Of a stretch of 32,000 nt of DNA, positions 1 through 9,480 are shown one piece after another. The DNA is taken from positions 22,454-54,453 of the forward strand of contig ACYB01000040.1 of assembly GCA_000175855.1 (NCBI GenBank), in the 5' to 3' direction. How positions within the stretch are numbered: position 1 is the first letter of the stretch; every line of letters starts with the position of its first letter. Source of the DNA: Raphidiopsis brookii D9 (GTDB taxonomy: Bacteria > Cyanobacteriota > Cyanobacteriia > Cyanobacteriales > Nostocaceae). A program made the position numbers and the translations under genes. The notes under the pieces were generated by a model that was given only the letters and a program-made list of their open reading frames with translations, was not told the DNA's origin and ran no database searches.

Positions 1-290
1 CAATCTCTTAAGGACAAAAATCCCCCCAGAGATTCTCTAGAAGCCATTGCTGCTTCTCTGCTTTCAGGTTCCGGTGGCACATACCACACACCGTTACCAG
101 CCGCTGCTGCACAACCACTAGTACCACAATAGCCTTTATCTACTAACACTACTTTAGCTCCGGCATTAGCAGCGCTCCATGCTGCCCAAGCGCCAGCTGG
201 TCCACCACCAATTACTAATACATCAGCTACTAAAGTTTCGTGACTGTTCTTCTTGGAGGAAACCGAAAAAGAAAACTTTTCCTGAGTCAT
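1..290 (-). CDS. FAD-dependent oxidoreductase, N-terminal part (gene continues off the window start)
   Basis: Not in the ORF track. Reverse complement from ATG at 290 reads MTQEKFSFSVSSKKNSHETLVADVLVIGGGPAGAWAAWSAANAGAKVVLVDKGYCGTSGCAAAAGNGVWYVPPEPESREAAMASRESLGGFL..., open to base 1; Rossmann GGGPAG FAD-binding motif, resembling fumarate-reductase/APS-reductase-like flavoproteins. Confidence 0.8.
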   Translation of the reverse strand, partial: MTQEKFSFSVSSKKNSHETLVADVLVIGGGPAGAWAAWSAANAGAKVVLVDKGYCGTSGCAAAAGNGVWYVPPEPESREAAMASRESLGGFLSLRD

Positions 291-368
291 GATTATTGTC
301 TCCCAAATTGTAGTATGAACTGCGATAAAAATGTAGTAAAAACTATCAGCAAAAAACTTTGATCCTAA

Positions 369-1412
369 TTACGGTGCTGGATTAGGATAACGAGTATTAA
401 CAGCATCTATTTCTTGGAAAATCTCTGGTTCTAAGACTATATTCACACTATCTATATCTTCTTGCAGTTGAGCCAAGGTCGTAGCCCCAATAATTGTGCT
501 TTTTACAAACCAACGACTTCTCACAAAGGCAATAGATAATTGAGCAGGTTTGAGATTATATTTTTTCGCAATCTCGATATAGGAAATTACAGCTTCTTTC
601 ACATTGGGTTTCAAATAACGCTGCCCAAAACCCGGAAACAAGGATATACGAGTGTTTTTTACCTCTTCATTCTCTATGTATTTACCAGTTAAAAACCAAA
701 ATGCTAGGGGACTGTAAGCGAGCAGTCCCACATCAGTATGGCGAGCAACTTCTGCTAAACCTGAATCAAAACTGCGATTAAGCAAATTGTAAGCATTTTG
801 AATCGAAACAACTTTCGGAAGTTTCAATTCCTTAGCAATACGGACAAACTCAGTTACCCCCCATGGGGTTTCATTACTTAAACCAAGATAACGAATCTTA
901 CCTGCGTCAATTAGCTTGGCAAAAGCAGTTAACTGCTCACTAATTGGCACGCTATCCCTTTCCAAATCGGGATTATATACTGTTTGTCCAAAGGTTGGAA
1001 CATAACGTTCCGGCCAATGAATTTGATACAAATCTATATAGTCAGTTTGTAATCTTTTTAAACTTTCCTCAACTGCTTGTTGAATATTTTGCTGATCAAC
1101 CTTATTATTTCCCCCTCGTAACCAGGTAAACGGACGACCAGGTCCGGCAATCTTTGTTGCTATTATCAGCTTATCTCTTTGCTGATTCTTTAGCCACTCA
1201 CCAATATAGACTTCTGTTTTTCCCTGGGTTTCACCACGAGGGGGCACTGGATACATTTCCGCAGTGTCTATAAAATTTATCCCCTTGTCAACAGCATAAT
1301 CAAGTTGTTCATATGCTTCCGACCCGGTATTTTGATGACCATAGGTCATGGTCCCTAGACAAATATCAGAAACGTAAAGATTACTTTCCCCAAGTTGATT
1401 GTATTTGACCAT
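369..1412 (-). CDS. Aldo/keto reductase (Tas-like)
   Basis: 347-aa ORF with AKR features: SDICLGTMTYG, GINFIDTAEMY, DYIDLYQIHWP, RYLGLSNETPWG, STIIGATTLAQL. Confidence 0.9.
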   Translation of the reverse strand: MVKYNQLGESNLYVSDICLGTMTYGHQNTGSEAYEQLDYAVDKGINFIDTAEMYPVPPRGETQGKTEVYIGEWLKNQQRDKLIIATKIAGPGRPFTWLRGGNNKVDQQNIQQAVEESLKRLQTDYIDLYQIHWPERYVPTFGQTVYNPDLERDSVPISEQLTAFAKLIDAGKIRYLGLSNETPWGVTEFVRIAKELKLPKVVSIQNAYNLLNRSFDSGLAEVARHTDVGLLAYSPLAFWFLTGKYIENEEVKNTRISLFPGFGQRYLKPNVKEAVISYIEIAKKYNLKPAQLSIAFVRSRWFVKSTIIGATTLAQLQEDIDSVNIVLEPEIFQEIDAVNTRYPNPAP

Positions 1413-1516
1413 GTTACTAAATTATCCTCGTTACAAGAAAATAACTAAATTATCTGCAAATTCCACAAGCAGCTTTAAAATGCTTTTGTAGTTCATAACA
1501 AAAATCTAATAAACGA

Positions 1517-2737
1517 CTAATAAATAGCTGCCAAAACCCTATCCACTCCAGCGCGCAACGCTGTAGCAGCACCAGAACTCATATCTCGTGGCGCGCAAAT
1601 ACGATTTCTCAAATATGCTAGTGTAATGGCCCCTACAGCTGCAAAATTTGGATCCACACCTTCTTTTCCACCCGCATTACCACCCAATAAAAGTTTGTTA
1701 TCACCATTAACTAAATAATCTGCTAACAATCTCAGATAATATTCCACGGACTCTCGAATACTGACAACATCACCCAAAAGCTCTAATCCAGAGTTCTTAA
1801 CTATGTCTTTAATGGCAGCATCACGATTATTAGCCAGTCTTTCACTAGCTTCTGCTCTGTATTCTAGAAGCTCACTTTCTGCTAAATTCAAGGGTAAGGG
1901 ACTACCAATAGGTTTTAACCCAAATCTCCGTCTTAAAAGCAAATTGTTAGTGATGGGATCGGACTTCACCCTGCTAAATGCGGGACGCTCTTTAAAAGCT
2001 GCAAACCAGGTATTAATTCTAGGGAAACGGGGATTTCCTAAAAGGGCATAATCCCGATATACAGGCAAATTTGCTGCTAGTCTATCCAAATGGGGAATAT
2101 ACATGATATCAACCAAGCTAAAGGTTGACAAAAAATAAGGCCCCGGATATTGACCTAAATCTTCCTCAAATTCATCTAATTTACTTTCCAATTCTAGTTC
2201 TAACTTTGCTAACTCATTTTTATCCTCCGGAGGTTGTCGCAGCAGCTTGTAGGCAACAGTTTGCAATTCATTGGTTTCTGCTTTTTCGACCCATTGTCTG
2301 GCTACTTGATTTTCCTGTGGATCCTCAGGAAGCAAAGTCTCATCAAAATGCTCTTCTATAGCTAGAAGAATATCCTTGGATTCATAAACTAGTCTCCCCT
2401 CTATTTTGGCAGCAGGAACAAGAGTTGTGGGTACTAAATCTGTATACCATTTCGGCTTATTAGTTAAATCAATAAACTCTGTGCTGAATGGTATCTGCTT
2501 TTCTTCCAAAGCTAACCAAACTCGCTCACAAAATGGACACCAAGAATTACTGTCACGGTAAAGTAGAATCGGAGGTTGACCATCTGGTGGTAGTTTATTC
2601 CAACCAGCAGGAATGGGTGCACTTGAGGGATTCTGTCCCCATCTTTTTATTCGACGAGCAGAAGTGTACTTCTGCGCAGTTTCTAGCAGTTCCTCCCAAT
2701 CGGGTATTGTAGAACTGGGTATTGTAACAGGGGACAT
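1517..2737 (-). CDS. Glutathione S-transferase family protein with long C-terminal extension
   Basis: 406-aa ORF; thioredoxin-fold N-terminus with WCPFCERVWLALEEK, TTLVPAAKIEGRLVYESKDILLAIEE, then a helical GST C-domain (PGPYFLSTFSLVDIMYIPHLDR) and about 130 further residues. Confidence 0.85.
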   Translation of the reverse strand: MSPVTIPSSTIPDWEELLETAQKYTSARRIKRWGQNPSSAPIPAGWNKLPPDGQPPILLYRDSNSWCPFCERVWLALEEKQIPFSTEFIDLTNKPKWYTDLVPTTLVPAAKIEGRLVYESKDILLAIEEHFDETLLPEDPQENQVARQWVEKAETNELQTVAYKLLRQPPEDKNELAKLELELESKLDEFEEDLGQYPGPYFLSTFSLVDIMYIPHLDRLAANLPVYRDYALLGNPRFPRINTWFAAFKERPAFSRVKSDPITNNLLLRRRFGLKPIGSPLPLNLAESELLEYRAEASERLANNRDAAIKDIVKNSGLELLGDVVSIRESVEYYLRLLADYLVNGDNKLLLGGNAGGKEGVDPNFAAVGAITLAYLRNRICAPRDMSSGAATALRAGVDRVLAAIY

Positions 2738-2800
2738 TTTTACCTCGCTTTTTCCGCAATTCCAGAAAATACAAATGGTTTGGATTATTAATCCCCGGTC

Positions 2801-2828
2801 AAAAATCCCTGGTTTTTAACCTGGGGAA
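2801..2828. repeat. Related hairpin element AAAAATCCCTGGTTTTTAACCTGGGGAA
   Basis: Imperfect stem CCC-T-GGTT / AACC-T-GGG; shares sequence layout with the 21631-21652 element. Confidence 0.45.
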
Positions 2829-3270
2829 GCTAAAATATTCGACCGTATATTAAAAGTACTGTGAATTTATCGGATAACAGTACTTTTCAAGATGAGGTAA
2901 CCATACTACAGAAGTTTGGGATAAATCAAGTATTGGATATTACAAAATTCCCATAACCTGATTTTTTTTGCAAGTAGCTTTGATAGAAACACTCTTTTGA
3001 GATTTGTTATAGCTTCTTAGCTATTAATTACATCCCATGTGGGTAAATGGCGATCGCTTGATTATTCTTGATTATTTAGGTTCCTAAGAGGAAAAAACAG
3101 ACCTTACCATGATTTGGGACCTACAAAGATAAAAAATCAATGTTGACAAAAATACTTGCTTTTTTGCCTGGACTATGAAACAATCATCTAATATACGGTA
3201 AACCGACAGATAAACAGTACTTATTGATTACCAGGTAACGAAGTTTCAATCGCAAGAGTAAGGAAATAAT

Positions 3271-3945
3271 TTGATGACCAACCTAAAACTATATTTTGCC
3301 AAGGGATCCACCTTTTCTCAAAGGACCCGCGTTGTGTTACTGGAAAAAGGGGTTGAATTTACACCTATTGAAATTGATCTACAAAATAAACCGGAAATAT
3401 TCACCCAAACTTCTGCATACGGCAAGGTTCCCGCTATTAAGCATGGAGACTTAGCAATATACGAATCAGCAATTATCAATGAGTATCTAGAAGAAGTATT
3501 CCCTCAGCCAGCCCTATTACCCAAAGATCCAGGAGCAAAAGCATGGGCCAGAATTTGGATTGATTACGCTAATACGCGGCTAGTTCCAGCCTTTAATAAG
3601 TTACTGCGTGGTAAAAATAATGAGGAACAAGAGCAAGGGCGTAGAGAATTTTCAGAATCCTTACTGTATATTGAGAACAAAGGACTGGGACAAGTCTCCG
3701 GCAATGGACCCTACTGGCTAGGGGAAAATCTGAGTTTAGTGGATATTAGTTTCTATCCTTGGTTTGAAAGATTACCGGTTTTAGATAAATTCCGTAATTT
3801 TTCCCTTCCGGAAGAAACTCCCCGATTACAGGAGTGGTGGCAGAACTTGCGTCGTCGAGAATCAATTCAAAGTGTGGCTAATCCCACGGAATTTTATATA
3901 GATAGGTTTACTAGGCTGTTCGGATTAACAGGTCTATCAAAATGA
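3271..3945 (+). CDS. Glutathione S-transferase family protein
   Basis: 224-aa ORF: [41 protein letters not shown]...[25 protein letters not shown]...[17 protein letters not shown]. Confidence 0.9.
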   Translation: MMTNLKLYFAKGSTFSQRTRVVLLEKGVEFTPIEIDLQNKPEIFTQTSAYGKVPAIKHGDLAIYESAIINEYLEEVFPQPALLPKDPGAKAWARIWIDYANTRLVPAFNKLLRGKNNEEQEQGRREFSESLLYIENKGLGQVSGNGPYWLGENLSLVDISFYPWFERLPVLDKFRNFSLPEETPRLQEWWQNLRRRESIQSVANPTEFYIDRFTRLFGLTGLSK

Positions 3946-3954
3946 AGAACTTGT

Positions 3955-4980
3955 ATGGCGCAATTTACCGACAATTTACTGCTCACACATGGAATTAGGC
4001 CGATAGTCACATTGACTATCTGGTTACTATGGTCACTGAGTAGTTGGCTATGGATAGATTTACCAGCTTTGGCAGTAAATAATCCTTGTCCGCAGGGCAT
4101 GATACTAATTCCCGGAGGTACCTTGAAAATGGGGACAGACAATTCTGTTTTTGCAGAAGAGAGACCCTCTAAGAATGTGACAGTTGATTCCTTTTGTATG
4201 GATAAATACGAAGTAACAAATGCTGAATTTGCTAAATTTGTTACAGCTACCGGGTATATAACAGTTGCAGAATTACCCCTGTCCAAGGAACAATTTCCCG
4301 ATCTAACTGAGCAACAAAGATCACCGGGATCTCTAGTGTTTAAAATGCCAAGACAGGGTGAAATTCCCTTTTTGAGTTGGTGGCATTGGCTTCCTGGGGC
4401 TAACTGGCAGCATCCCCTGGGCAATAAAAGCGAAATATTAGATAACTATCCTGTTGTCCACATAGCATATCAAGATGCCCTGGTTTTTGCTGATTGGTTG
4501 GGCAAGTCCTTGCCAACGGAAGCTCAGTGGGAATACGCTGCACGGGGTGGTTTAGAGGATGCAACTTATACCTGGGGTAATAAATATTCAGAAATAAAAG
4601 CTAACACTTGGCAGGGGACATTTCCGTTTCTGAACACTAAAGTTGATGGTTATGTAGGTCTGGCTCCAGTGGGTTCTTTCCCGGCTAACGGTTACGGATT
4701 GTATGATATGGCGGGTAATGTTTGGGAGTGGACTGTCGACTGGTTTACTGTAGAAGATAAACACTCTGTTAATCAAGTCTCAGAACATGAAATCTCAAAA
4801 ACAAGAAAAAGTTTTGATCCAAACAAACCTGGAGAAACTTTACTACATGTTATCAAAGGTGGCTCTTACCTATGTGCGCCCAATTACTGTAGTCGTTACC
4901 GTCCAGCTGCGCGGGAATCTCAAGCACCAGATACAGGGACGAATCACATTGGGCTTCGCCTGGTAAAAAATTTGTATTAG
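3955..4980 (+). CDS. Formylglycine-generating enzyme (FGE/SUMF1) family protein, candidate sulfatase maturase, with N-terminal signal-like segment
   Basis: 341-aa ORF; MILIPGGTLKMGTD, DSFCMDKYEVTNAEFAKFV, LPTEAQWEYAARGG, YDMAGNVWEW, and KGGSYLCAPNYCSRYRPAARESQAPDTGTNHIGLRLV with the CxxxxC pair of FGE. Immediately upstream of an arylsulfatase. Confidence 0.88.
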   Translation: MAQFTDNLLLTHGIRPIVTLTIWLLWSLSSWLWIDLPALAVNNPCPQGMILIPGGTLKMGTDNSVFAEERPSKNVTVDSFCMDKYEVTNAEFAKFVTATGYITVAELPLSKEQFPDLTEQQRSPGSLVFKMPRQGEIPFLSWWHWLPGANWQHPLGNKSEILDNYPVVHIAYQDALVFADWLGKSLPTEAQWEYAARGGLEDATYTWGNKYSEIKANTWQGTFPFLNTKVDGYVGLAPVGSFPANGYGLYDMAGNVWEWTVDWFTVEDKHSVNQVSEHEISKTRKSFDPNKPGETLLHVIKGGSYLCAPNYCSRYRPAARESQAPDTGTNHIGLRLVKNLY

Positions 4981-5091
4981 TTCCCGAAATTGCCTATGGG
5001 AATTTTTGCCTCATTTTTCATACACGAGTTTATATACAATTTCATAGATAAGTTCATACACAAATTCAAAGCTTTATAATTAGGCAAGTCT

Positions 5092-7434
5092 ATGCTGTAT
5101 ACAATATTGCATAAAGTTTCACGATTACTCTTTTCGTTATTTTTTGTGTCATGGCTAGCTGTAACTAGTCCTGCTCTTGCGAGTACACCCAGTGTTCTAC
5201 CAATTGAGCCACCCTCTTTTGAAGGTAAAATTGGTTTATCTTACAAAGATTCTAAACCAGACTTTCCTAAGCAAATTAGGGCTCCAGAAAAAGCTCCTAA
5301 TGTATTACTAGTTCTGTTAGATGATGTAGGTTTTGGACAAGCCAGTACCTTTGGTGGACCAATAGAAACTCCCAACTTGACTCGTTTAGCACAACAGGGA
5401 CTGCAATACAACCACTTTCACACCACTGCTCTTTGCTCACCTACAAGAGCTGCTTTACTCACTGGAAGGAATCATCATGCTGTTGGGACAGGGGTAGTGT
5501 CCGAATTGGCTACGGGTTATCCTGGCTACACGACCATTTTACCTAAAAGTGCTGCCACCGTAGCCGAAATTCTGCGCCAGAATGGTTATAATACAGCAGC
5601 CTTCGGTAAGTGGCACAATACACCAGATTACGAAACCAGTGCTGCTGGACCTTTTGACCGTTGGCCAACAGGATTAGGATTTGAATACTTTTACGGCTTT
5701 TTAGGCGGCGATACTAACCAATGGAGTCCTGCTTTAGTAGAAAATACCCAGCGAATTACACCACTTAGTAATCAATCTAACTATCATTTGACTCCGGATT
5801 TAGTTGACCATGCCATTAGCTGGATTCGTACTCAAAACTCCATAGGACCAAATAAGCCCTTTTTTGCATATCTAGCCACTGGAGCCACCCATGCACCTCA
5901 CCATGCGCCCCAGAATTGGATTGAAAAATATCGAAGCAAATTTGATCAAGGTTGGGATAAATTACGTCAAGAAACCTTTGCCCGTCAGCAACAACTGGGT
6001 GTAATTCCCCGGGATGCCCAACTTACTCCTCGTCCGAAGGAACTACCCGCCTGGGATTCCCTCACCCTAGAGGAGCAAAAAATCTATAGCCGGGAAATGG
6101 AAGTATTCGCCGGCTTTTTGTCTCACACAGATTATGAAGTGGGAAGATTAATTAATGCCATTGATCAATTAGGAGAATTAGCTAATACATTAATTATTTA
6201 TATTGTAGGTGATAACGGGGCTAGTGCTGAAGGTGGTCTAACTGGTAGTGTTAATGAATTGAAGGTATTCAATGGAATAAAGGAAACAAAAGAACAAATT
6301 TTAGAATCCTTAAATGATTTAGGCGGTCCTCAGACCTTTAATCATTATCATGCAGCCTGGGCATGGGCCGGAAGTACCCCCTTTCAATGGACAAAGCAAA
6401 TAGCATCTCACTTTGGTGGTACCCGCAATCCCTTGATAATTACTTGGGGTGAAAAAATTAAACAGCCAGGACTGCGCAGTCAATTCCACCATGTAATTGA
6501 TATTACGCCTACTATTCTGGAAGCAGCGGGAATTACTTTACCCAGTAAGGTTAATGGTGTAAAACAACAAAAGATTGATGGCACGAGTTTGGTCTATACA
6601 TTTAAGGATTCCCAAGTAGCTTCCCAACGGCAAACTCAGTATTTTGAAATATTTGGCAATCGAGCTATTTATGACCATGGTTGGATAGCAGCTGCTCGTC
6701 ATCCCCGATTACCTTGGCAAGGTACAATTAAAGCTGATTTTGATCAAGATCAATGGGAACTATATAACATCGAAAAAGATTTTAGTGAAGCTAATAACCT
6801 AGCAGATACAAATCCCCAGAAGCTCCAAGAACTACAAAAATTATTCCTATCGGAAGCCAAGAAAAATAATGTTTTACCCCTAGATGATCGAATTTCTGAA
6901 AGGTTTGGCGTTCAAAATCGTCCCTCCCTAGCTGCAGGGCGTGCAAGATTCACCTATTATAGTGATGTTAGCATTCCCGAAGGTAGTGCGCCTAACATTA
7001 AAAATCGGTCATTCAGTATTATTGCTGAAATAGACACGTCAGAAAACGGTGCATCAGGCGTTCTATTGTCACAAGGTGGAAGATTTGCCGGTTGGGGGTT
7101 GATTGTGGATGATAGTAAACCAGCGTACGTATATAACTTGGCTAATACGGAGCGATACATTATCCAATCTCCCGAAAAATTACCAGTGGGTAAATCCACT
7201 GTCCAATTTGAGTTTGATTATGACGGTGGTATAGGTGCTGGAGGGACTGGGAAATTATTTGTCAACAATCAACAGGTAGCAGTAGGTCGAATAGCAAAAA
7301 CCATACCCTATCGTATTGCTCTGGATGAAACTTTCGATGTTGGTCGAGATACAGGAACACCAATTATTGATAGCTATCAAGTTCCCTTTGCATTTACAGG
7401 TAACCTGAAAAAAATTACCTTGGATTTACGTTAA
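5092..7434 (+). CDS. Arylsulfatase, Cys-type, with predicted signal peptide
   Basis: 780-aa ORF; signal-like N-terminus MLYTILHKVSRLLFSLFFVSWLAVTSPALAS; metal-binding LLDDVG; formylglycine motif TTALCSPTRAALLTGRNHHAVG; FGKWHN; long C-terminal region. Confidence 0.95.
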   Translation: MLYTILHKVSRLLFSLFFVSWLAVTSPALASTPSVLPIEPPSFEGKIGLSYKDSKPDFPKQIRAPEKAPNVLLVLLDDVGFGQASTFGGPIETPNLTRLAQQGLQYNHFHTTALCSPTRAALLTGRNHHAVGTGVVSELATGYPGYTTILPKSAATVAEILRQNGYNTAAFGKWHNTPDYETSAAGPFDRWPTGLGFEYFYGFLGGDTNQWSPALVENTQRITPLSNQSNYHLTPDLVDHAISWIRTQNSIGPNKPFFAYLATGATHAPHHAPQNWIEKYRSKFDQGWDKLRQETFARQQQLGVIPRDAQLTPRPKELPAWDSLTLEEQKIYSREMEVFAGFLSHTDYEVGRLINAIDQLGELANTLIIYIVGDNGASAEGGLTGSVNELKVFNGIKETKEQILESLNDLGGPQTFNHYHAAWAWAGSTPFQWTKQIASHFGGTRNPLIITWGEKIKQPGLRSQFHHVIDITPTILEAAGITLPSKVNGVKQQKIDGTSLVYTFKDSQVASQRQTQYFEIFGNRAIYDHGWIAAARHPRLPWQGTIKADFDQDQWELYNIEKDFSEANNLADTNPQKLQELQKLFLSEAKKNNVLPLDDRISERFGVQNRPSLAAGRARFTYYSDVSIPEGSAPNIKNRSFSIIAEIDTSENGASGVLLSQGGRFAGWGLIVDDSKPAYVYNLANTERYIIQSPEKLPVGKSTVQFEFDYDGGIGAGGTGKLFVNNQQVAVGRIAKTIPYRIALDETFDVGRDTGTPIIDSYQVPFAFTGNLKKITLDLR

Positions 7435-7459
7435 CAAAAACTTTGGGTAGACAATTCCT

Positions 7460-8438
7460 ATGAATCAAATTACCTCCCTTCTTTTCCCCATATTCGATAA
7501 AAATTGCATTCCTATTATTTGTGGTTGCCACAATGTTTGGCACTGGATTAAAACTAACTTTACAGGAAATTTGGCAACCATTAGCTAATACTCGTTTAGT
7601 GATATTTTCCTTGATCACAAATTTTTTGCTAGTTCCTGTTTTCGTGTATTTGCTTTTGACTGTAATATCTGTAACCGAACCAGTAAAAGATGGTTTTATG
7701 ATTATGGCATTAGCTTCTGGACCTCCAGCTCTACCAAAACTTGCAGAAATAGTCAAGGGTAATTTGGCCTTTGCTACTGGACTGATGATGCTATTAATGC
7801 TGGGTACGGTATTTTATCTGCCAATTACACTACCCTTCTTTATAGAAGGGGTGCAAATAACCCCTTGGGATATTGGTAAACCTTTGATATTTATGATGAT
7901 TATCCCTTTAGTGATTGGGCTATCGATTAAATTAATTAAATTTGAATCCGAAGATATAGTGATCAAACTGCAAGCAATTACTTTTCAAATATCTAACTTC
8001 GGGTTGCTATTAGGTTTGGGAGTGAGGTTGATAGTACATTTTGACGAAATTCTTCTTCTGTTGAAAACCGGTGTAATTTTTATCTGTGCTGTTTTTATTA
8101 TCTTTTCCTTCAGTGTGGGTTATTTGTTAGGTGGACCAGGCGTTGACACTCAAAGAGTTTTAGGCGTAGGAACTGCTCAACGTAATTTTGCTGCAGCATT
8201 ATTAATAGGTACAAGTAATTTTGATGATCCTAATGTTGTAAGTATCATTATGGTGACAAGTTTATTAATGATGGTTTCTGTGCTGGTTCTAGGAAAAAAT
8301 CTTACTGAACTGGAACCAGCTACCACGAAAAGAATTACAAATCTAAAGAGTTACAGATCTTTTGATTTCCACTTGTTGTACATTAATTCCATAAAATGTA
8401 TTAGTAAATACATTATTTCCTTTTCCCCTACTGCGTGA
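7460..8438 (+). pseudogene. Bile acid:sodium symporter (SBF) family transporter with apparent 1-nt frameshift near its 5' end
   Basis: The ORF track starts at GTG 7521. ATG 7460 opens MNQITSLLFPIFDK; dropping one A from the AAAAA run (about 7499-7503) gives a continuous MNQITSLLFPIFDKIAFLLFVVATMFGTGLKLTLQEIW..., multi-TM, with GTAQRNFAAALLIGTSNF. Could be a sequencing error rather than a true pseudogene. Confidence 0.65.
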
Positions 8439-8466
8439 AAATCCCCAGTTGTTATTGGGGATTTTC
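8437..8466. terminator. Strong hairpin at the symporter stop codon (possible transcription end or attenuator)
   Basis: Perfect 11-bp arms GAAAATCCCCA (8437-8447) / TGGGGATTTTC (8456-8466) with an 8-nt loop. No clean U-tract follows on the + strand, so the terminator call is tentative. Confidence 0.4.
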
Positions 8467-8550
8467 AGTAAAAAAAATCTATTTTTCTGCACGAAAATAC
8501 TTGCACTTTTATTTTTTTTATGGCACAATCTATAAAAGTACAGTAAATCA

Positions 8551-8572
8551 GTAGATTTTATGTAGATTTTGT
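8551..8572. promoter_or_regulatory. 11-bp direct repeat upstream of ssuB
   Basis: GTAGATTTTAT (8551-8561) and GTAGATTTTGT (8562-8572), about 70 bp before the ssuB start. Confidence 0.35.
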
Positions 8573-8643
8573 GTGAAGTTTGGGAGCAGCTAATCTGAAC
8601 ATTACCCAAGCGTAAGGAAAATTATCAATTAGGAGGTTTTGAC

Positions 8644-9450
8644 ATGGTGTCTCAGGTTAAGGGGATGAAATTAAACTTGGAGCGGTTAAGTAAGTCTTTT
8701 GGGACAAAGAAAGTATTGGAAAATGTGGATTTAGAAGTTCGTCCAGGAGAGTTCGTGGCAATTGTTGGTCGCAGTGGCTGCGGTAAAAGCACAATGTTGC
8801 GTTTAATTGCTGGATTGGAAGAAACTACTAATGGTAGTGTCCTTTTAAATAATAAGCATACAGAACAGCGAATTAATCCAAGTATTCGGATGATGTTTCA
8901 AGATGCCAGACTATTACCTTGGCAAAAAGTATTAACAAATGTTGAGTTGGGTTTATTGGGTTCTAACTCCCAGGTTTATGCAAAGCAAACTGCTTTACAA
9001 ATATTGCGCGAGGTAGGACTAGAAGACAGATCTCATGAATGGCCATCAGTTTTGTCCGGTGGACAAAGACAAAGAGTGGCTTTAGCCAGAGCTTTAGCAA
9101 GTAAACCCTCCTTATTACTACTAGATGAGCCTTTGGGAGCGCTAGATGCTTTAACGAGAATTGAAATGCAGCAATTAATAGAAAGATTATGGCAAGAACA
9201 GGGATTCACAGCACTCTTAATTACCCATGATGTAGAAGAGGCAGTAGTGTTAGCAGACCGTGTGGTTCTCATAGAAAATGGCAGCATTGTCCTGGACGAA
9301 AAAATTTCTTTACCCCGTCCGCGAGCCAGAGGTGATGCGGAATTTGCTAAGACCGTAGAGAAGATTCTAAACCGAGTTATGGGAGAACCAAAAATTCAGC
9401 GAGAGTTTGATTATGTTCTGACCACTGCCACTTCCTCGCTGCACAATTAG
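8644..9450 (+). CDS. ssuB: Aliphatic sulfonate ABC transporter ATP-binding protein (SsuB-like)
   Basis: 268-aa ORF; Walker [54 protein letters not shown]; adjacent to ssuA/ssuC/ssuD. Confidence 0.9.
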   Translation: MVSQVKGMKLNLERLSKSFGTKKVLENVDLEVRPGEFVAIVGRSGCGKSTMLRLIAGLEETTNGSVLLNNKHTEQRINPSIRMMFQDARLLPWQKVLTNVELGLLGSNSQVYAKQTALQILREVGLEDRSHEWPSVLSGGQRQRVALARALASKPSLLLLDEPLGALDALTRIEMQQLIERLWQEQGFTALLITHDVEEAVVLADRVVLIENGSIVLDEKISLPRPRARGDAEFAKTVEKILNRVMGEPKIQREFDYVLTTATSSLHN

Positions 9451-9452
9451 TT

Positions 9453-9480
9453 GTTAATTGAGTGTTAATTGAGTGTTAAA
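9453..9480. repeat. Short tandem repeat (11 bp x ~2.5)
   Basis: GTTAATTGAGT GTTAATTGAGT GTTAAA spanning the ssuB-ssuA junction. Confidence 0.8.

Noticed and set aside
944-1129. + strand 61-aa ORF antisense to the aldo/keto reductase
   Set aside because: No recognisable family or ribosome-binding site, and it lies wholly inside a strong CDS; a shadow ORF.
3050-3057. GCGATCGC octamers as local regulatory palindromes (also at about 16348, 16710, 19069, 22058, 22647, 27840, 28186, 31022)
   Set aside because: This is the well-known HIP1 element, abundant across cyanobacterial genomes; taxonomically informative but not specific to these genes.
3894-4424. 176-aa minus-strand ORF over the FGE gene
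   Set aside because: The + strand encodes conserved FGE motifs over the same span, and the minus translation is unstructured.
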